A stretch of DNA of 36,512 nt from Candidatus Woesearchaeota archaeon (GCA_964363655.1 CAYIJD010000001.1:1-36512); one strand, 5' to 3'. Shown: positions 6,872 to 16,494, counted from the stretch's first letter. Program-made: numbers and translations. Notes: generated from the letters alone by a model not told the origin.

Positions 6872-7560
6872 TACACCCTCTCACACCATTCACAAACCTT
6901 TCCTTTATCATCTTTAGAAGCGGAAGGACAATCTCCTTCTAATAACTTAATAGCATCTTCAAAATATTTTCCGCCTTTTTTTGAATCTGTTTGGATTTTA
7001 ATTAACTTTGTTTCAAATATCAATTCTCCTGTCTCCAGAACTTCTTTTGGATAGTAAAATAACAAATAAGCATAATCTTCAGTGTCATAGCCATTTTGCC
7101 TTAATAAAAAATTGTAAATATCCATCTGTGCCTGATAATGTTCATGTGTATCTTCTTTTAATGGATAGCCTCTTGTCTTATAATCTAAGACAACTAACTT
7201 GCCTTTCTTAGTCAATAAATTATCAACAGCTCCCATTAAAATAATTCCAGAAGTCTTGTCTTTGTATTGTATACCTTTTCTATTATTTCTCCAAATTTCA
7301 AGCTTAGGTTTATCATCAAATAGTTTATAGCCATTAGCTAATCCATGCTCTTTTATTTCAGGAGGCAATTCGCCTTTTTCCATGAATTTATCAAAATGTT
7401 TTTTTAAAACCATATCCATTCCTCCAGGAAGACTAGGAAAAACTCCCTCTGGCCTTTTCCAGACTTTATGTTTTTCAAGCCAGAAACATCTAGGGCATTC
7501 TAACATTAAGTTAATTGACGATGGTGAGAGTTTTAATGGCTTTTCTGTTTTATCTTTCAT
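6871..7560 (-). CDS. Cas4/RecB-family PD-(D/E)xK exonuclease with Fe-S cluster cysteines
   Basis: SPSSINLMLECPRCFWL, GAVDNLL, VVLDYKT (D-x-K) and QAQMDIYNFLL (Q-h-x-x-Y). N-terminal Cys residues plus the C-terminal C-x12-C-x2-C in GDCPSASKDDKGKVCEWCERV. Confidence 0.75.
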   Translation of the reverse strand: MKDKTEKPLKLSPSSINLMLECPRCFWLEKHKVWKRPEGVFPSLPGGMDMVLKKHFDKFMEKGELPPEIKEHGLANGYKLFDDKPKLEIWRNNRKGIQYKDKTSGIILMGAVDNLLTKKGKLVVLDYKTRGYPLKEDTHEHYQAQMDIYNFLLRQNGYDTEDYAYLLFYYPKEVLETGELIFETKLIKIQTDSKKGGKYFEDAIKLLEGDCPSASKDDKGKVCEWCERV

Positions 7561-7672
7561 TGTTAATTTAATATCCCCTTACTTAAAACCCTTTTGCTTT
7601 TCATCTACCAATCTTCTCCAAAGCAATAACCACAACAGCAAATTTTATAAGCTCACGTTATCTATCAATAAC

Positions 7673-7825
7673 ATGGAAACTATAACTATATCAAAAGATG
7701 AATTTGAGAGAATGAAAAAAGAATTAGAAAGATTAAAACAAAATCAAGAAATTGATAAAGAGCTTTTAGCAGATATAGCTACTGGAATAAAAGATATATT
7801 AATCGGAAACGTTGAAGAAGTTTAA
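7673..7825 (+). CDS. small coiled-coil protein, RelB/antitoxin-like (internal ATG of ORF 7382..7825)
   Basis: METITISKDEFERMKKELERLKQNQEIDKELLADIATGIKDILIGNVEEV resembles archaeal RelB-type antitoxins (IS-x-x-EYE-x-L ... DI-x-x-G-x-V). A TATA-like aaattttataag lies about 25 nt upstream. The part of the ORF upstream of the internal ATG is antisense to the Cas4-like gene. Confidence 0.45.
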   Translation: METITISKDEFERMKKELERLKQNQEIDKELLADIATGIKDILIGNVEEV

Positions 7826-8151
7826 TTATTTTTTTCATTAAGGGCTTTAATTATATTTTCCAATTCTTCTTTATAAATGTCAAGATTTGCCTTAATTAAA
7901 TTAACCTCATATTTCTGAAGTTTCTTATTGGTTATTGTTATAAGAAAAATTGATTTATGTTGATCATATACAAGAAAAATTAATCTTTTGCCGTTAAATC
8001 TCTTTTCTCTAAAAAATCTATAACCTAGCGGTTTTCCGCTATATGGCTGTTCTTTTAATGCTTGCTCAAAATTAATAACTATTTTATAATCAGAATGGTC
8101 TAATTTATCAAGTTTCTTTTTATAATTTCCTGAACGAAATACTCTAAACAT
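7822..8151 (-). CDS. RelE/ParE-family toxin-like protein
   Basis: F-x-V-x-x-S-x-x-Y-KKKLDKL ... ALKEQPYSGKPLGYRFFREKRFNGKRLIFLVYDQHKSIFLITITNKK follows the RelE/ParE pattern. It carries an extra C-terminal tail of about 30 aa. Confidence 0.6.
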   Translation of the reverse strand: MFRVFRSGNYKKKLDKLDHSDYKIVINFEQALKEQPYSGKPLGYRFFREKRFNGKRLIFLVYDQHKSIFLITITNKKLQKYEVNLIKANLDIYKEELENIIKALNEKNN

Positions 8152-8181
8152 AATTTATAAGAGAAAAGCAGTTTTATTAAT

Positions 8182-8454
8182 TTAACCTTCAGCTATCTCC
8201 TCCAAATCCAATACAAATTCATCGAGATCTTGAAAATGCCCTCCAGACATTGCAGCTTGAGTAAAAGAATGAACTGCCAAAGCAACATCAATCATTTTTT
8301 GAGATAACAAAGAACGATTTTTATAATATAGTTCATCTGCCAGCAGATTAATTTTTTTATTTATCTCTTTTTTATCTCCAGCCTCTATATATCTGTTAAT
8401 TAAAGCCAGCATCTCTCTTGCTTTTTCTTTCTCGTATTTTTTATCTATCGCCAT
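8182..8454 (-). CDS. hypothetical helical protein upstream of the RelE-like gene (possible cognate antitoxin)
   Basis: 90-aa ORF on the same strand, 30 nt upstream of the toxin-like gene, with an acidic C-terminus. No motif recognised. Confidence 0.4.
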   Translation of the reverse strand: MAIDKKYEKEKAREMLALINRYIEAGDKKEINKKINLLADELYYKNRSLLSQKMIDVALAVHSFTQAAMSGGHFQDLDEFVLDLEEIAEG

Positions 8455-8583
8455 ATAATTTTTTAATAATTATTTAATTAATAATTCCTCTAATTCATTA
8501 TCCCAATGTTTTTTAAAACTTCTCTGATCTCAAAATATTTAATATACTTTCTTTATTTTCATAATTAAAACAATTTATAAGTT

Positions 8584-9477
8584 TTATTGTAGTTGTTTTT
8601 TATAATTTTCTAATTCCTCATGCAATTTTTCGGCCTTCAAATTTTTTTTATTTCCAGATTTTTTTAAAATATAAAATGCTTTCATATCTTTATGCTTACC
8701 ATCATAACCATGCATTGCCTTTACTAATTCTTTATTCCAAAAATTAGGAAATATTAAAACTCCGGTATTAGCGAGGAAAATTAACTGCCCATACTTTTCA
8801 TTCCACTTTATTATTTTCCCATACTTTAAAGGAAGTTTTTCCTTAATTTGCATTAATTCCTCTTTATTACCCCAATACCTTGCCATATCGCTGTCAATAA
8901 AACAATTTTTTGTTATAGGAACACTTAATGTTTTATCAACATCAACCATTCCATGATCAGAAAAAATTAAATCCCATTTCATTTCTGAAATTTTTTTATC
9001 TATCTTTTTTATGACTTCGATAACTTCTCTACTTTTAGTTCCATATTTATGAGCAAGATCGTCTAATTCCGGAAAATAATAAAAATCATATTTTTTTCCA
9101 GCATGTTTTTTAACTGAAACGTCAAATTTAGATAATCTATTTATAGAAATCGGCATATTAGTTATACTAAACAGTTCATAACCTTTCATTAATCTAGGAA
9201 AATTAAATAATACATCAATTATAAATCTTCCAAATCCTCCTAAATACTCCAACCATCTAAAATATTTTAAATAATTCAAGGAATTTTCATTGTTTTGATA
9301 AAAAACCGAAATAGTATCAGATTTTCCATTAAACAATATTTCAACTCCTCTCCAATGACCAAAACCAATATCTAACTCTCCATGAAAATATTTTTCTGTT
9401 AGTGCTTTTAAATAAGGAGCATATTCTAAATAACTTGGTTTAAAAGCATCAATCATAATTACTTTAAGTTTTTTCAT
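8584..9477 (-). CDS. alkaline-phosphatase-superfamily protein (type I phosphodiesterase/nucleotide pyrophosphatase-like)
   Basis: VIMIDAFKPSYL, ELDDLAHKYG, FSDHGM and AMHGYDG correspond to the metal-ligand motifs of this superfamily. Confidence 0.7.
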   Translation of the reverse strand: MKKLKVIMIDAFKPSYLEYAPYLKALTEKYFHGELDIGFGHWRGVEILFNGKSDTISVFYQNNENSLNYLKYFRWLEYLGGFGRFIIDVLFNFPRLMKGYELFSITNMPISINRLSKFDVSVKKHAGKKYDFYYFPELDDLAHKYGTKSREVIEVIKKIDKKISEMKWDLIFSDHGMVDVDKTLSVPITKNCFIDSDMARYWGNKEELMQIKEKLPLKYGKIIKWNEKYGQLIFLANTGVLIFPNFWNKELVKAMHGYDGKHKDMKAFYILKKSGNKKNLKAEKLHEELENYKKQLQ

Positions 9478-9610
9478 TCTATTAATATAAAAAAAGACTT
9501 TAAAAGTTTACCTTCTAATAATCAACACTATCTGAAATATGTGAAAAAGAATTTAAAACATCATTTTACTATATAATAAAGCTTAAAAAAAACTATCTCT
9601 AAATAAAAAA

Positions 9611-10264
9611 ATGAAAAAGCAATTTGAAGATAAAGTAAATCAAAGATTTCCTAACCATCAATTTTCAAAAAAGAAGATGGAAGACAACAAACTCGAAAAT
9701 ACTTATGAAAGTCCAAATTGGATAACAAGATGGTATTTTAGAGGTAAGGTTTATGTTGCTATAAAATTAGCTGGCTTGTTAAAAAAAGATATTATTTTAG
9801 ATTATGGGTGCGGAGGCGGTTGGCTGGAAAAAAAACTTGCTAATTATAAAATCTATGGTTATGATATAAATCCTGAAAAAACATTTATTAAAGATTATAG
9901 AAAAATAAAAGCAAGTAAAATTTTTGCTTTAGACGTTTTTGAGCATATTCCTGTTAATGAAATAAAAAAGATAATAAACAGTTTTAAAAAACTTAATAAT
10001 AAATTTGAATTAATTGTTTCTATACCGACTGAAAACTGGATTTCTAGAAAAATTAGAAAACTTGTTGGAAAAAAGGAAATTCCTGATGAACATATAACTA
10101 AATATGATGAAATCTTAAAAATTTTAAATCAAAACTTTAAATTAATAAAAAAAGTGAATTTTTTTACAGTTACCCATACTTTTTTATTTGAGCATGATTC
10201 TAGGAAGTATACTGAAAAAAGCAGGGATTATAAAGAAATGGGGGAATTGATTAGAGAAAGGTAG
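9611..10264 (+). CDS. class I SAM-dependent methyltransferase
   Basis: ILDYGCGGGWL (motif I), YGYDINP and IFALDVFEHI. Confidence 0.75.
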   Translation: MKKQFEDKVNQRFPNHQFSKKKMEDNKLENTYESPNWITRWYFRGKVYVAIKLAGLLKKDIILDYGCGGGWLEKKLANYKIYGYDINPEKTFIKDYRKIKASKIFALDVFEHIPVNEIKKIINSFKKLNNKFELIVSIPTENWISRKIRKLVGKKEIPDEHITKYDEILKILNQNFKLIKKVNFFTVTHTFLFEHDSRKYTEKSRDYKEMGELIRER

Positions 10265-10431
10265 AAAGTTAATTATATTTTCTATTAATCTTTTTTAATT
10301 TAATCCTATAATTATGCAAGGCATGGCTTCTAAAAATAAATTTATTAATATTAAAATTAAATTTTTTATAACAAAAGTTGTATAATTTATAATAAGAAGC
10401 AATTAATTGATAATTAGTTAAAAAAATAAAT

Positions 10432-12174
10432 TCAATGAACCAATTTTTTCAAACCACTTTCATTACTATACTCAAACTCATAAACTATTACAACTGGTTG
10501 TTGCGAAGAAGGATAAACCTGAACAGGAATTAAAATATCCGCATGCTTTTGAGGATATGCAAAAGCCCATGGTTCTTCTCTTTCATAAGCAGAGGCAACC
10601 AAATATTTGGGCCTTTTTTCTAAAATAAATTTATCTAAATCTGATTCATTGCCTTTAACAATATCTCTTCTATAAGCTAATTCAAAAGGATAAACACTTC
10701 TTTCTGAATAATAAGTTAGTTGTGGTAATCCACTTCCGATTATAATATCTTCCAGATTAGAGTTTTCTTTTATCCATAATCCAGCTTGTTTAACCTCCAT
10801 ATAAGACAATTTTTTAGATTCAACTAAATTAAATCCAAACTTATAATTTGGTATTAGAACAACTAAGAATATGATTAAAAGAACAATAATAATTGTCTTA
10901 GGATTAATTTTTTCTTTTAAGAATCCAGTTATAAAATAAAAAGGATAAACAACAATAAGAAATAAAAAAGGCATTACCGGCATAATATATCTTTGCTCTA
11001 GTTGAGGCGCCATATACCCCAAAAATAAAAAACTTAAAACTATAAAAGATAAAATAAAAAACTTTTTTTGTATATCCTCATTTGAGAAAATTTTGTCAAA
11101 ACCTAAAAATAAATCTATAAAAAAAAGAAAAAATCCTAGAATAAATAACCAATAAACAGGATAGCCAAATGGTGAGACAAATAAACTAGAATACCCCTTA
11201 TTTGAAGGATCTAATTGATTACCATTTAAAATATATGGAAGATTATTAATATATAAAAATAAGTCAGATGTTTTAGCTAACTCAACTCCAACCTCTCCAG
11301 TCTTAGAAATTCCTTCTATTCCAAGATAATAATTAGTTAAATCCAAGATAGGATTTCCAAAATGCTTGCTATAAAGATAAAGATGAGGTAAGAGAAAAAT
11401 TATAAATATTATTAATGAAAGCCATAACTTCTTATTAACAAAGATTTTATGTTTTTCTCTTACTAATGCTAAAAGTAAAATAGGTATTACAAACATTAAA
11501 TACTGCATTCTTGTTAGAACCGTCAAAGCAGCAAAAATCCCAAATAAAATAAAATACTTAACACCAGAATTTTTTATATATCCTTTCCAGAAAAATATTA
11601 AGGATATTAAAAGAAAAAAAGTGGCTGGGATTTCTGTTAACAGTCTCCCTGTAAAAAATAAAAAAACCCAGGATAAAGTTATTCCTAAACTTGTTAATAA
11701 AGCTAATTTTTTATTAAACATTTCGCTTATTAAAAAATAACTGACAAAAACAATTCCTGTTGAAAATAAAACAGTTAAAAATCTTATTCCTAACTCTCCT
11801 AAACCGATTTTGAAGAAAATAGTTCCTATTAAAGCCCATAAAAAACCTCTTCTATAATACCATATATCTATTAAATTTTGATTAACACCTGCCCATCTTT
11901 TCGCACTAGACATATAATCCGCAGCATCCCACCATAAAGCTTGATCATTTGTTTTTAGATAAACAAGAATTCTTATTATTAAAGCTGCTAAAAGAATTAA
12001 AATAAATAACTTATCATAATAATCTTTTGTTAAGCTTAGAAAAAATTCCTTTAATGATTTTTTTCTTTTTTCTAAATCATTAGTATTTAGATAACTATTA
12101 ATTTTATCTTCTTTCTGATCCTCTTTTATTAAATTTTCTGCTGATAATTTTTCTTCTGATTTTTCAGCTTCCAT
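10432..12174 (-). CDS. GT-C fold membrane glycosyltransferase (family 39 / ArnT-PMT-like)
   Basis: 580 aa with more than 10 hydrophobic helices, an early loop with WWDAADYMSSAKRW (acidic DxD-like motif), and a soluble C-terminal domain. Confidence 0.75.
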   Translation of the reverse strand: MEAEKSEEKLSAENLIKEDQKEDKINSYLNTNDLEKRKKSLKEFFLSLTKDYYDKLFILILLAALIIRILVYLKTNDQALWWDAADYMSSAKRWAGVNQNLIDIWYYRRGFLWALIGTIFFKIGLGELGIRFLTVLFSTGIVFVSYFLISEMFNKKLALLTSLGITLSWVFLFFTGRLLTEIPATFFLLISLIFFWKGYIKNSGVKYFILFGIFAALTVLTRMQYLMFVIPILLLALVREKHKIFVNKKLWLSLIIFIIFLLPHLYLYSKHFGNPILDLTNYYLGIEGISKTGEVGVELAKTSDLFLYINNLPYILNGNQLDPSNKGYSSLFVSPFGYPVYWLFILGFFLFFIDLFLGFDKIFSNEDIQKKFFILSFIVLSFLFLGYMAPQLEQRYIMPVMPFLFLIVVYPFYFITGFLKEKINPKTIIIVLLIIFLVVLIPNYKFGFNLVESKKLSYMEVKQAGLWIKENSNLEDIIIGSGLPQLTYYSERSVYPFELAYRRDIVKGNESDLDKFILEKRPKYLVASAYEREEPWAFAYPQKHADILIPVQVYPSSQQPVVIVYEFEYSNESGLKKLVH

Positions 12175-12198
12175 TATTAAGTTTAGAGAGATTCATTT

Positions 12199-12732
12199 TT
12201 ATAGATTTATGTTATTCTGGTTATTTAAAATAAATTGTGTTGCTTCTTTTAGATTTTTTAATTTGAATCCATTATGGTCTTTTACATACTTTGAGTCAAT
12301 TAACAGAGTTTTACAACCCATTCTTTTTCCAGATTCTATATCAACTAATTTATCGCCAATTGCCCAAGATTGAGAGATATCTATATTAAATTCTCCTATG
12401 GCTTATTCCAACATGCCTGGTTTAGGTTTCCTGCAATTACAGTTATCTTCAGGAGCATGAGGACAATAATAAACTTTTGAGATATTTATTCCTTTCGTAC
12501 TAAGAGTATTTAACATATAGTCTGTTAATTTTTGATAATCGTCTTCTGTATAATAACTTCTTCCAATCCCAGATTGTCCCGTTACAATTATTAATAGATA
12601 TCCGACAGATTTTAAATCTATTAAAGCTTCAAAAACTCCATCAATTATCTTAAAATCTTCAATTTTATAAACATATCCGGTATCTTCATTTATAACCCCG
12701 TCTCTATCTAAAAAAATTGCTTTGTTTTTCAT
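12199..12732 (-). pseudogene. gmhB: D,D-heptose 1,7-bisphosphate phosphatase (GmhB, HAD family) interrupted by an in-frame TAA
   Basis: FLDRDGVIN (HAD motif I), IVTGQSG and YYCPHAPEDNCNCRKPKPGMLE, then TAA at 12403-12405. The same frame continues AIGEFNIDISQSWAIGDKLVDIESGKRMGCKTLLI (HAD motif III GDxxxD) to TAA at 12199-12201. Confidence 0.75.
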
Positions 12733-12844
12733 AGTTATTTATTATTATTTTAATAATTGTTAATTGAATATTATTTTATTCGTCTAAGCAAATATCTTTT
12801 TCTACTTGTTTAATTATGAATATTTAATTATTTGTCTAATCTTC

Positions 12845-13809
12845 TTAATTCATAAATTCAATTTTTTCTTTTAGTTCGTTTAACGTTGGTGCATAAGTAC
12901 CCATATATCTTACAGTTATACCTGCCGCTAAATTTCCTATTTTAGCCGCATTTATTAAAGAATCTAATGAATTATCTGTTCCAGCTAAAGCTAGAGCTAT
13001 AGCTGCAATAGCGGTATCGCCAGCGCCAGTTTCTTCAAAAGATTCTTCTGAAATTGTTTCTATATAAACTTCTTTTCCTTCGATAGAAAAAAGTTTCATG
13101 CCTTCTTTTCCTAATGTAATAAGGATATTAGAATTAAAATAATCTCTTAGTTTATAACCTGCTTTATCAATATCATAGTCTCCAGACATTTTAAAAGCCT
13201 CATCTTTATTAGGGGTCATAAGAAAAGCATTTTTATAAAGAACATTAAAATCTTTATTTGTTGGCCTTGGATCAATAATTATTTTTTCTTTATAATGATT
13301 TAAATTATCCATAAGCTCTTTTGTAATTGATCCTTTTGCATAATCAGATATAATTATTTTATCAACTTTTTCAGCTATTTTTAAAATACTTTCAAGGGAA
13401 CCAAAGCTTTTTTCTGAAACCTCTTCTCTATCAATTCTTACTATGTGTTGCTGTTGTCCAGAGCTTCTTCCAATAATTCTTTCCTTTATAATAGTTGAGC
13501 TATTTTTTTCAAAATAACATTTAATTGCTTTTTCTTCTAATATTTTTTTTAATTCATTTCCATAAAGATCATTTCCTATAAATCCAAAAAGATAAACCTC
13601 TCCTTTTGGTGATAAATTTGCTACATTTAAAGCTACATTTCCAGCCCCCCTGCTTTATATTCCTCTTTTTCTACATTGATTAAAGGAACTGGCGCTTCTG
13701 GACTCACTCTTTTAACAATTCCATAAACATATTTATCCAGCATAACATCTCCAATCACAAGAATCTTCTTATTATAAAAACTATTCAAAATATTCAATAA
13801 ATTTTCCAT
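12845..13809 (-). pseudogene. pfkB-family sugar kinase (RfaE domain I / HldA-like) needing a -1 correction in a G6 run
   Basis: MENLLNILNSFYNKKILVIGDVMLDKYVYGIVKRVSPEAPVPLINVEKEEYKAGG then runs into a stop. The -1 frame continues AGNVALNVANL...DTAIAAIALALAG... to the stop at 12845. The break is at the run 13645-13650 (C6 on the + strand). The total length of 965 nt is not a multiple of 3. Confidence 0.75.
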
Positions 13810-13936
13810 TTTCTACAAAATTAATTATTCTTAAAATAGAAGTTATTTTTTAAAGATTTATATATTAATAAGGATATTATCTAAAAGTTGAATTTTCTAA
13901 AACTTCTAAAACATCCTCTAAAAAATTTAAAAAAAG

Positions 13937-14422
13937 TTATTTATAAACATCTAAAATTTTATTTATAATATTTGTACTTGAAAAATTTTCTTCAAGTTCA
14001 AAAGTTTTGTATCTACATCCCCATTTTTCAATAAATTCTTTTTCTTCATTAATTCTTTCTTCAATATAAGTTCCACCTTTAACATGATAATGGGGTTTTA
14101 TTCTTTCTAAATACTCCAATGGCTTGTCTTGTGGAAAAATTACTACATAATCAACTGGCTTTAATTCGGATAATAAATAAGCTCTATCATTTTCAGAAAT
14201 TATTGGCCTTTTTTCGCCTTTGTTTCTTCTCACAGATTCATCGCTGTTTAATAAAACGATTAAAGCATCTCCTAAAGATTTTGCTTTTTCCAAAAATCTT
14301 GCGTGTGCTGGCTGAAGTATATCATAACTTCCGTTTGTAGTTATTATTATTTTATTCTGTTGTCTTAATTCTCTAGCTAACTTTTCAATTTCTTCTATTG
14401 TCCTTATTTCATATCTGCCCAT
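13937..14422 (-). CDS. cytidylyltransferase-fold protein (RfaE domain II / HldC-like heptose-1-P adenylyltransferase)
   Basis: IIITTNGSYDILQPAHARFLEKAKSLGDALIVLLNSDESVRRNKGEKRPI...VDYVVIF...HVKGG...STNII matches RfaE-II throughout. The HxGH motif, however, reads Q-P-A-H. Confidence 0.8.
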   Translation of the reverse strand: MGRYEIRTIEEIEKLARELRQQNKIIITTNGSYDILQPAHARFLEKAKSLGDALIVLLNSDESVRRNKGEKRPIISENDRAYLLSELKPVDYVVIFPQDKPLEYLERIKPHYHVKGGTYIEERINEEKEFIEKWGCRYKTFELEENFSSTNIINKILDVYK

Positions 14423-14577
14423 TTTCTATTAAAAATTATTTGGTTTATAAAAATATATTGTGTTTAAATAATATAATCCTAACCTTAGAATACCTTAATC
14501 AAATATGGACTATTATAATCTTCCTATTAATTAAATATATAAATATTTATATAGGAAAAAAATGCCTCTACAATACT

Positions 14578-16374
14578 ATGGAAAAAGAGTACCAAGCCCT
14601 AATTTTAGTAGGCGGTTTAGGGACAAGGTTGAAACCAATTACTGAAACAGTTCCAAAACCAATGGTTGAGATTGAAGGAAGACCTTTTTTAGAGTATAAA
14701 ATAGAAAGTTTAAAAAAATATGGAATAAAAAAATTTATTCTTTGTGTAGGTCATTTAGGACACATAGTTGAAGAATATTTTGGGGATGGAAAAAGATTTG
14801 GAGTAAACATATCTTATTCTTATGAAAAAGATGATCTTTTAGGAACAGCTGGGGCAATAAAAAATGCAGAAGATTTAATAAAAGATACTTTTATTGCGAC
14901 AAACGGCGATACTTTTCTAGATATTGATTTTAAAAAATTAATTGAATTTCATGAAAACAATAAAAATTCATTTACAATGGTTATTGCCGATGCAACTCAT
15001 CCTAAAGCCCAGGAATTAGTTGAATTAAACGGAACTACTATTCTTAGATTTTATAAGAGGGATACTCCTGAACATGAAAATCACTTAAGATTTACTAATA
15101 AACCATTAGCTAACGGTGGGGCATATGTAATGAGTAGAGAAATATTGAATTATATAATACCAAATAAGAAGGTTTCGTTGGAACAAGAAGTTTTCCCAAA
15201 AATCCTAGAAAAAATAAGAGGTTTTATCCATAAAGGATATATTTTGGATATTGCTGATGAAAATGACTGGAAAGAATTTAAAAAAGATACTAGAGAAGGA
15301 TTAATCCTTTCAAATATTTTTAACAGGCAGAAAATTGTAAGAAGCCGCGCTCCAGTAAGAATAACTTTCGGCGGGGGTGGTACTGATATTGCTCCTTATG
15401 ATAAAAATTACGGAGGCTTATGTATAAGTGCTACTGTTAATAGATATGTTTATTCAACTATAAAACTAAGAGATGATAAAAGAATAAACATAAAATCAGA
15501 TATTATAAATATTTATGGGGGGTTTGAAACTTATGAACAACGTTTTGAAGACATAAGTAAAATTGATATTTTTGATGGGCCATTAAAAATAATTAAAACA
15601 GTTATTTTAGAAATGCAACCGGGCCATGGATTTGATTTATATGTGAGAAGCGATGTCCCACCACATTCTGGATTAGGAGCAAGTGCTTCATTATGTACTT
15701 CTATAATAGGGGCTTTAAATCATTTAAGAAAGAAAAATAGATTAACTAAACATGAGATAGCTGAAACATCATATAGAATAGAAGAGAAAATTGGCAATAA
15801 ATGGGGGAGACAAGATCAATATGCCTCTGTTTTTGGTGGTATAAACTTATATGAATTTTGTGGTGATAATAATGTAAGAGTAAATCCAATTGATACTAAT
15901 AAAGATCATATTTTAGAACTGGAAAAAAATTTGTTGGTGGTTTCTTCTGGAAGAAGAGTAAAGTCGTCAGAAGAAATACATCAAGAAGAATCTGAAAAAA
16001 ACTTTTTTGCAGACACTGAAAAAATAAAAAAATTGCATGATATAAAAGATAATGCTAGAGAAATGGAATTCAATCTTAGAAGAGGAAATTTAAGAAAATT
16101 TGGAGAACTAATATTAGATAGCTGGGAAAAAAAGAAAAAATTTAATCCAGAAATAACAAACACATATATTGATGCACTAGTTGAAGAAGCTCTTGCAAAT
16201 GGGGCAATTGGGGTAAGGTTGATGGGAGCTGGTGTAGGTGGTTATCTATTAATATATAGTGAACCTGATAAAGAACATAAAATAAAAGAGGTTTTGGTTG
16301 AAAAGGGGGCAAAATCAATGGATTTTAGTTTTGATTTTGAAGGATTAAGAGTGTGGGAGGTTGACGAAGATTAA
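14578..16374 (+). CDS. bifunctional sugar-1-phosphate nucleotidylyltransferase / GHMP-family sugar kinase (HddC-HddA-like or Fkp-like fusion)
   Basis: N-terminal half: ALILVGGLGTRLKPITETVPKPMVEI...LLGTAGAI. C-terminal half: APVRITFGGGGTDIAPY and DVPPHSGLGASASL (GHMP motif). The start was moved to ATG 14578; the 60 codons upstream are low-complexity promoter sequence. Confidence 0.8.
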   Translation: MEKEYQALILVGGLGTRLKPITETVPKPMVEIEGRPFLEYKIESLKKYGIKKFILCVGHLGHIVEEYFGDGKRFGVNISYSYEKDDLLGTAGAIKNAEDLIKDTFIATNGDTFLDIDFKKLIEFHENNKNSFTMVIADATHPKAQELVELNGTTILRFYKRDTPEHENHLRFTNKPLANGGAYVMSREILNYIIPNKKVSLEQEVFPKILEKIRGFIHKGYILDIADENDWKEFKKDTREGLILSNIFNRQKIVRSRAPVRITFGGGGTDIAPYDKNYGGLCISATVNRYVYSTIKLRDDKRINIKSDIINIYGGFETYEQRFEDISKIDIFDGPLKIIKTVILEMQPGHGFDLYVRSDVPPHSGLGASASLCTSIIGALNHLRKKNRLTKHEIAETSYRIEEKIGNKWGRQDQYASVFGGINLYEFCGDNNVRVNPIDTNKDHILELEKNLLVVSSGRRVKSSEEIHQEESEKNFFADTEKIKKLHDIKDNAREMEFNLRRGNLRKFGELILDSWEKKKKFNPEITNTYIDALVEEALANGAIGVRLMGAGVGGYLLIYSEPDKEHKIKEVLVEKGAKSMDFSFDFEGLRVWEVDED

Positions 16375-16446
16375 TATATTAAAAATTATTTTTGCGTAAA
16401 CTTCTTACTTTAGTTCGTGAGAAAGCAAAAATTATTTTTAGGGTGT

Positions 16447-16490
16447 TCAAAAACCATAAACACGCCATACCCTTTATGTATGGTTTTTGA
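16447..16490. terminator. stem-loop between convergent genes
   Basis: tcaaaaaccata (16447-16458) pairs with tatggtttttga (16479-16490): a 12-bp perfect stem whose 3' arm contains a T5 run. Confidence 0.5.
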
Positions 16491-16494
16491 CATT

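Noticed and set aside
4947-7211. ORFs 4947..5198 (+), 6842..7054 (+) and 7008..7211 (+), plus the first 97 codons of 7382..7825 (+).
   Set aside because: All are antisense shadows of the membrane-protein and nuclease genes. Only the 3' 50 codons of 7382..7825, downstream of a promoter-like region, look like a real gene.
14398-14577. A 60-codon N-terminal extension of the NTase/GHMP fusion ORF.
   Set aside because: The extension (MSLFHICPFSIKNYLVYKNILCLNN...) is low-complexity and overlaps the start of the divergent gene and the promoter region. The conserved NTase G-loop starts right after the ATG at 14578.
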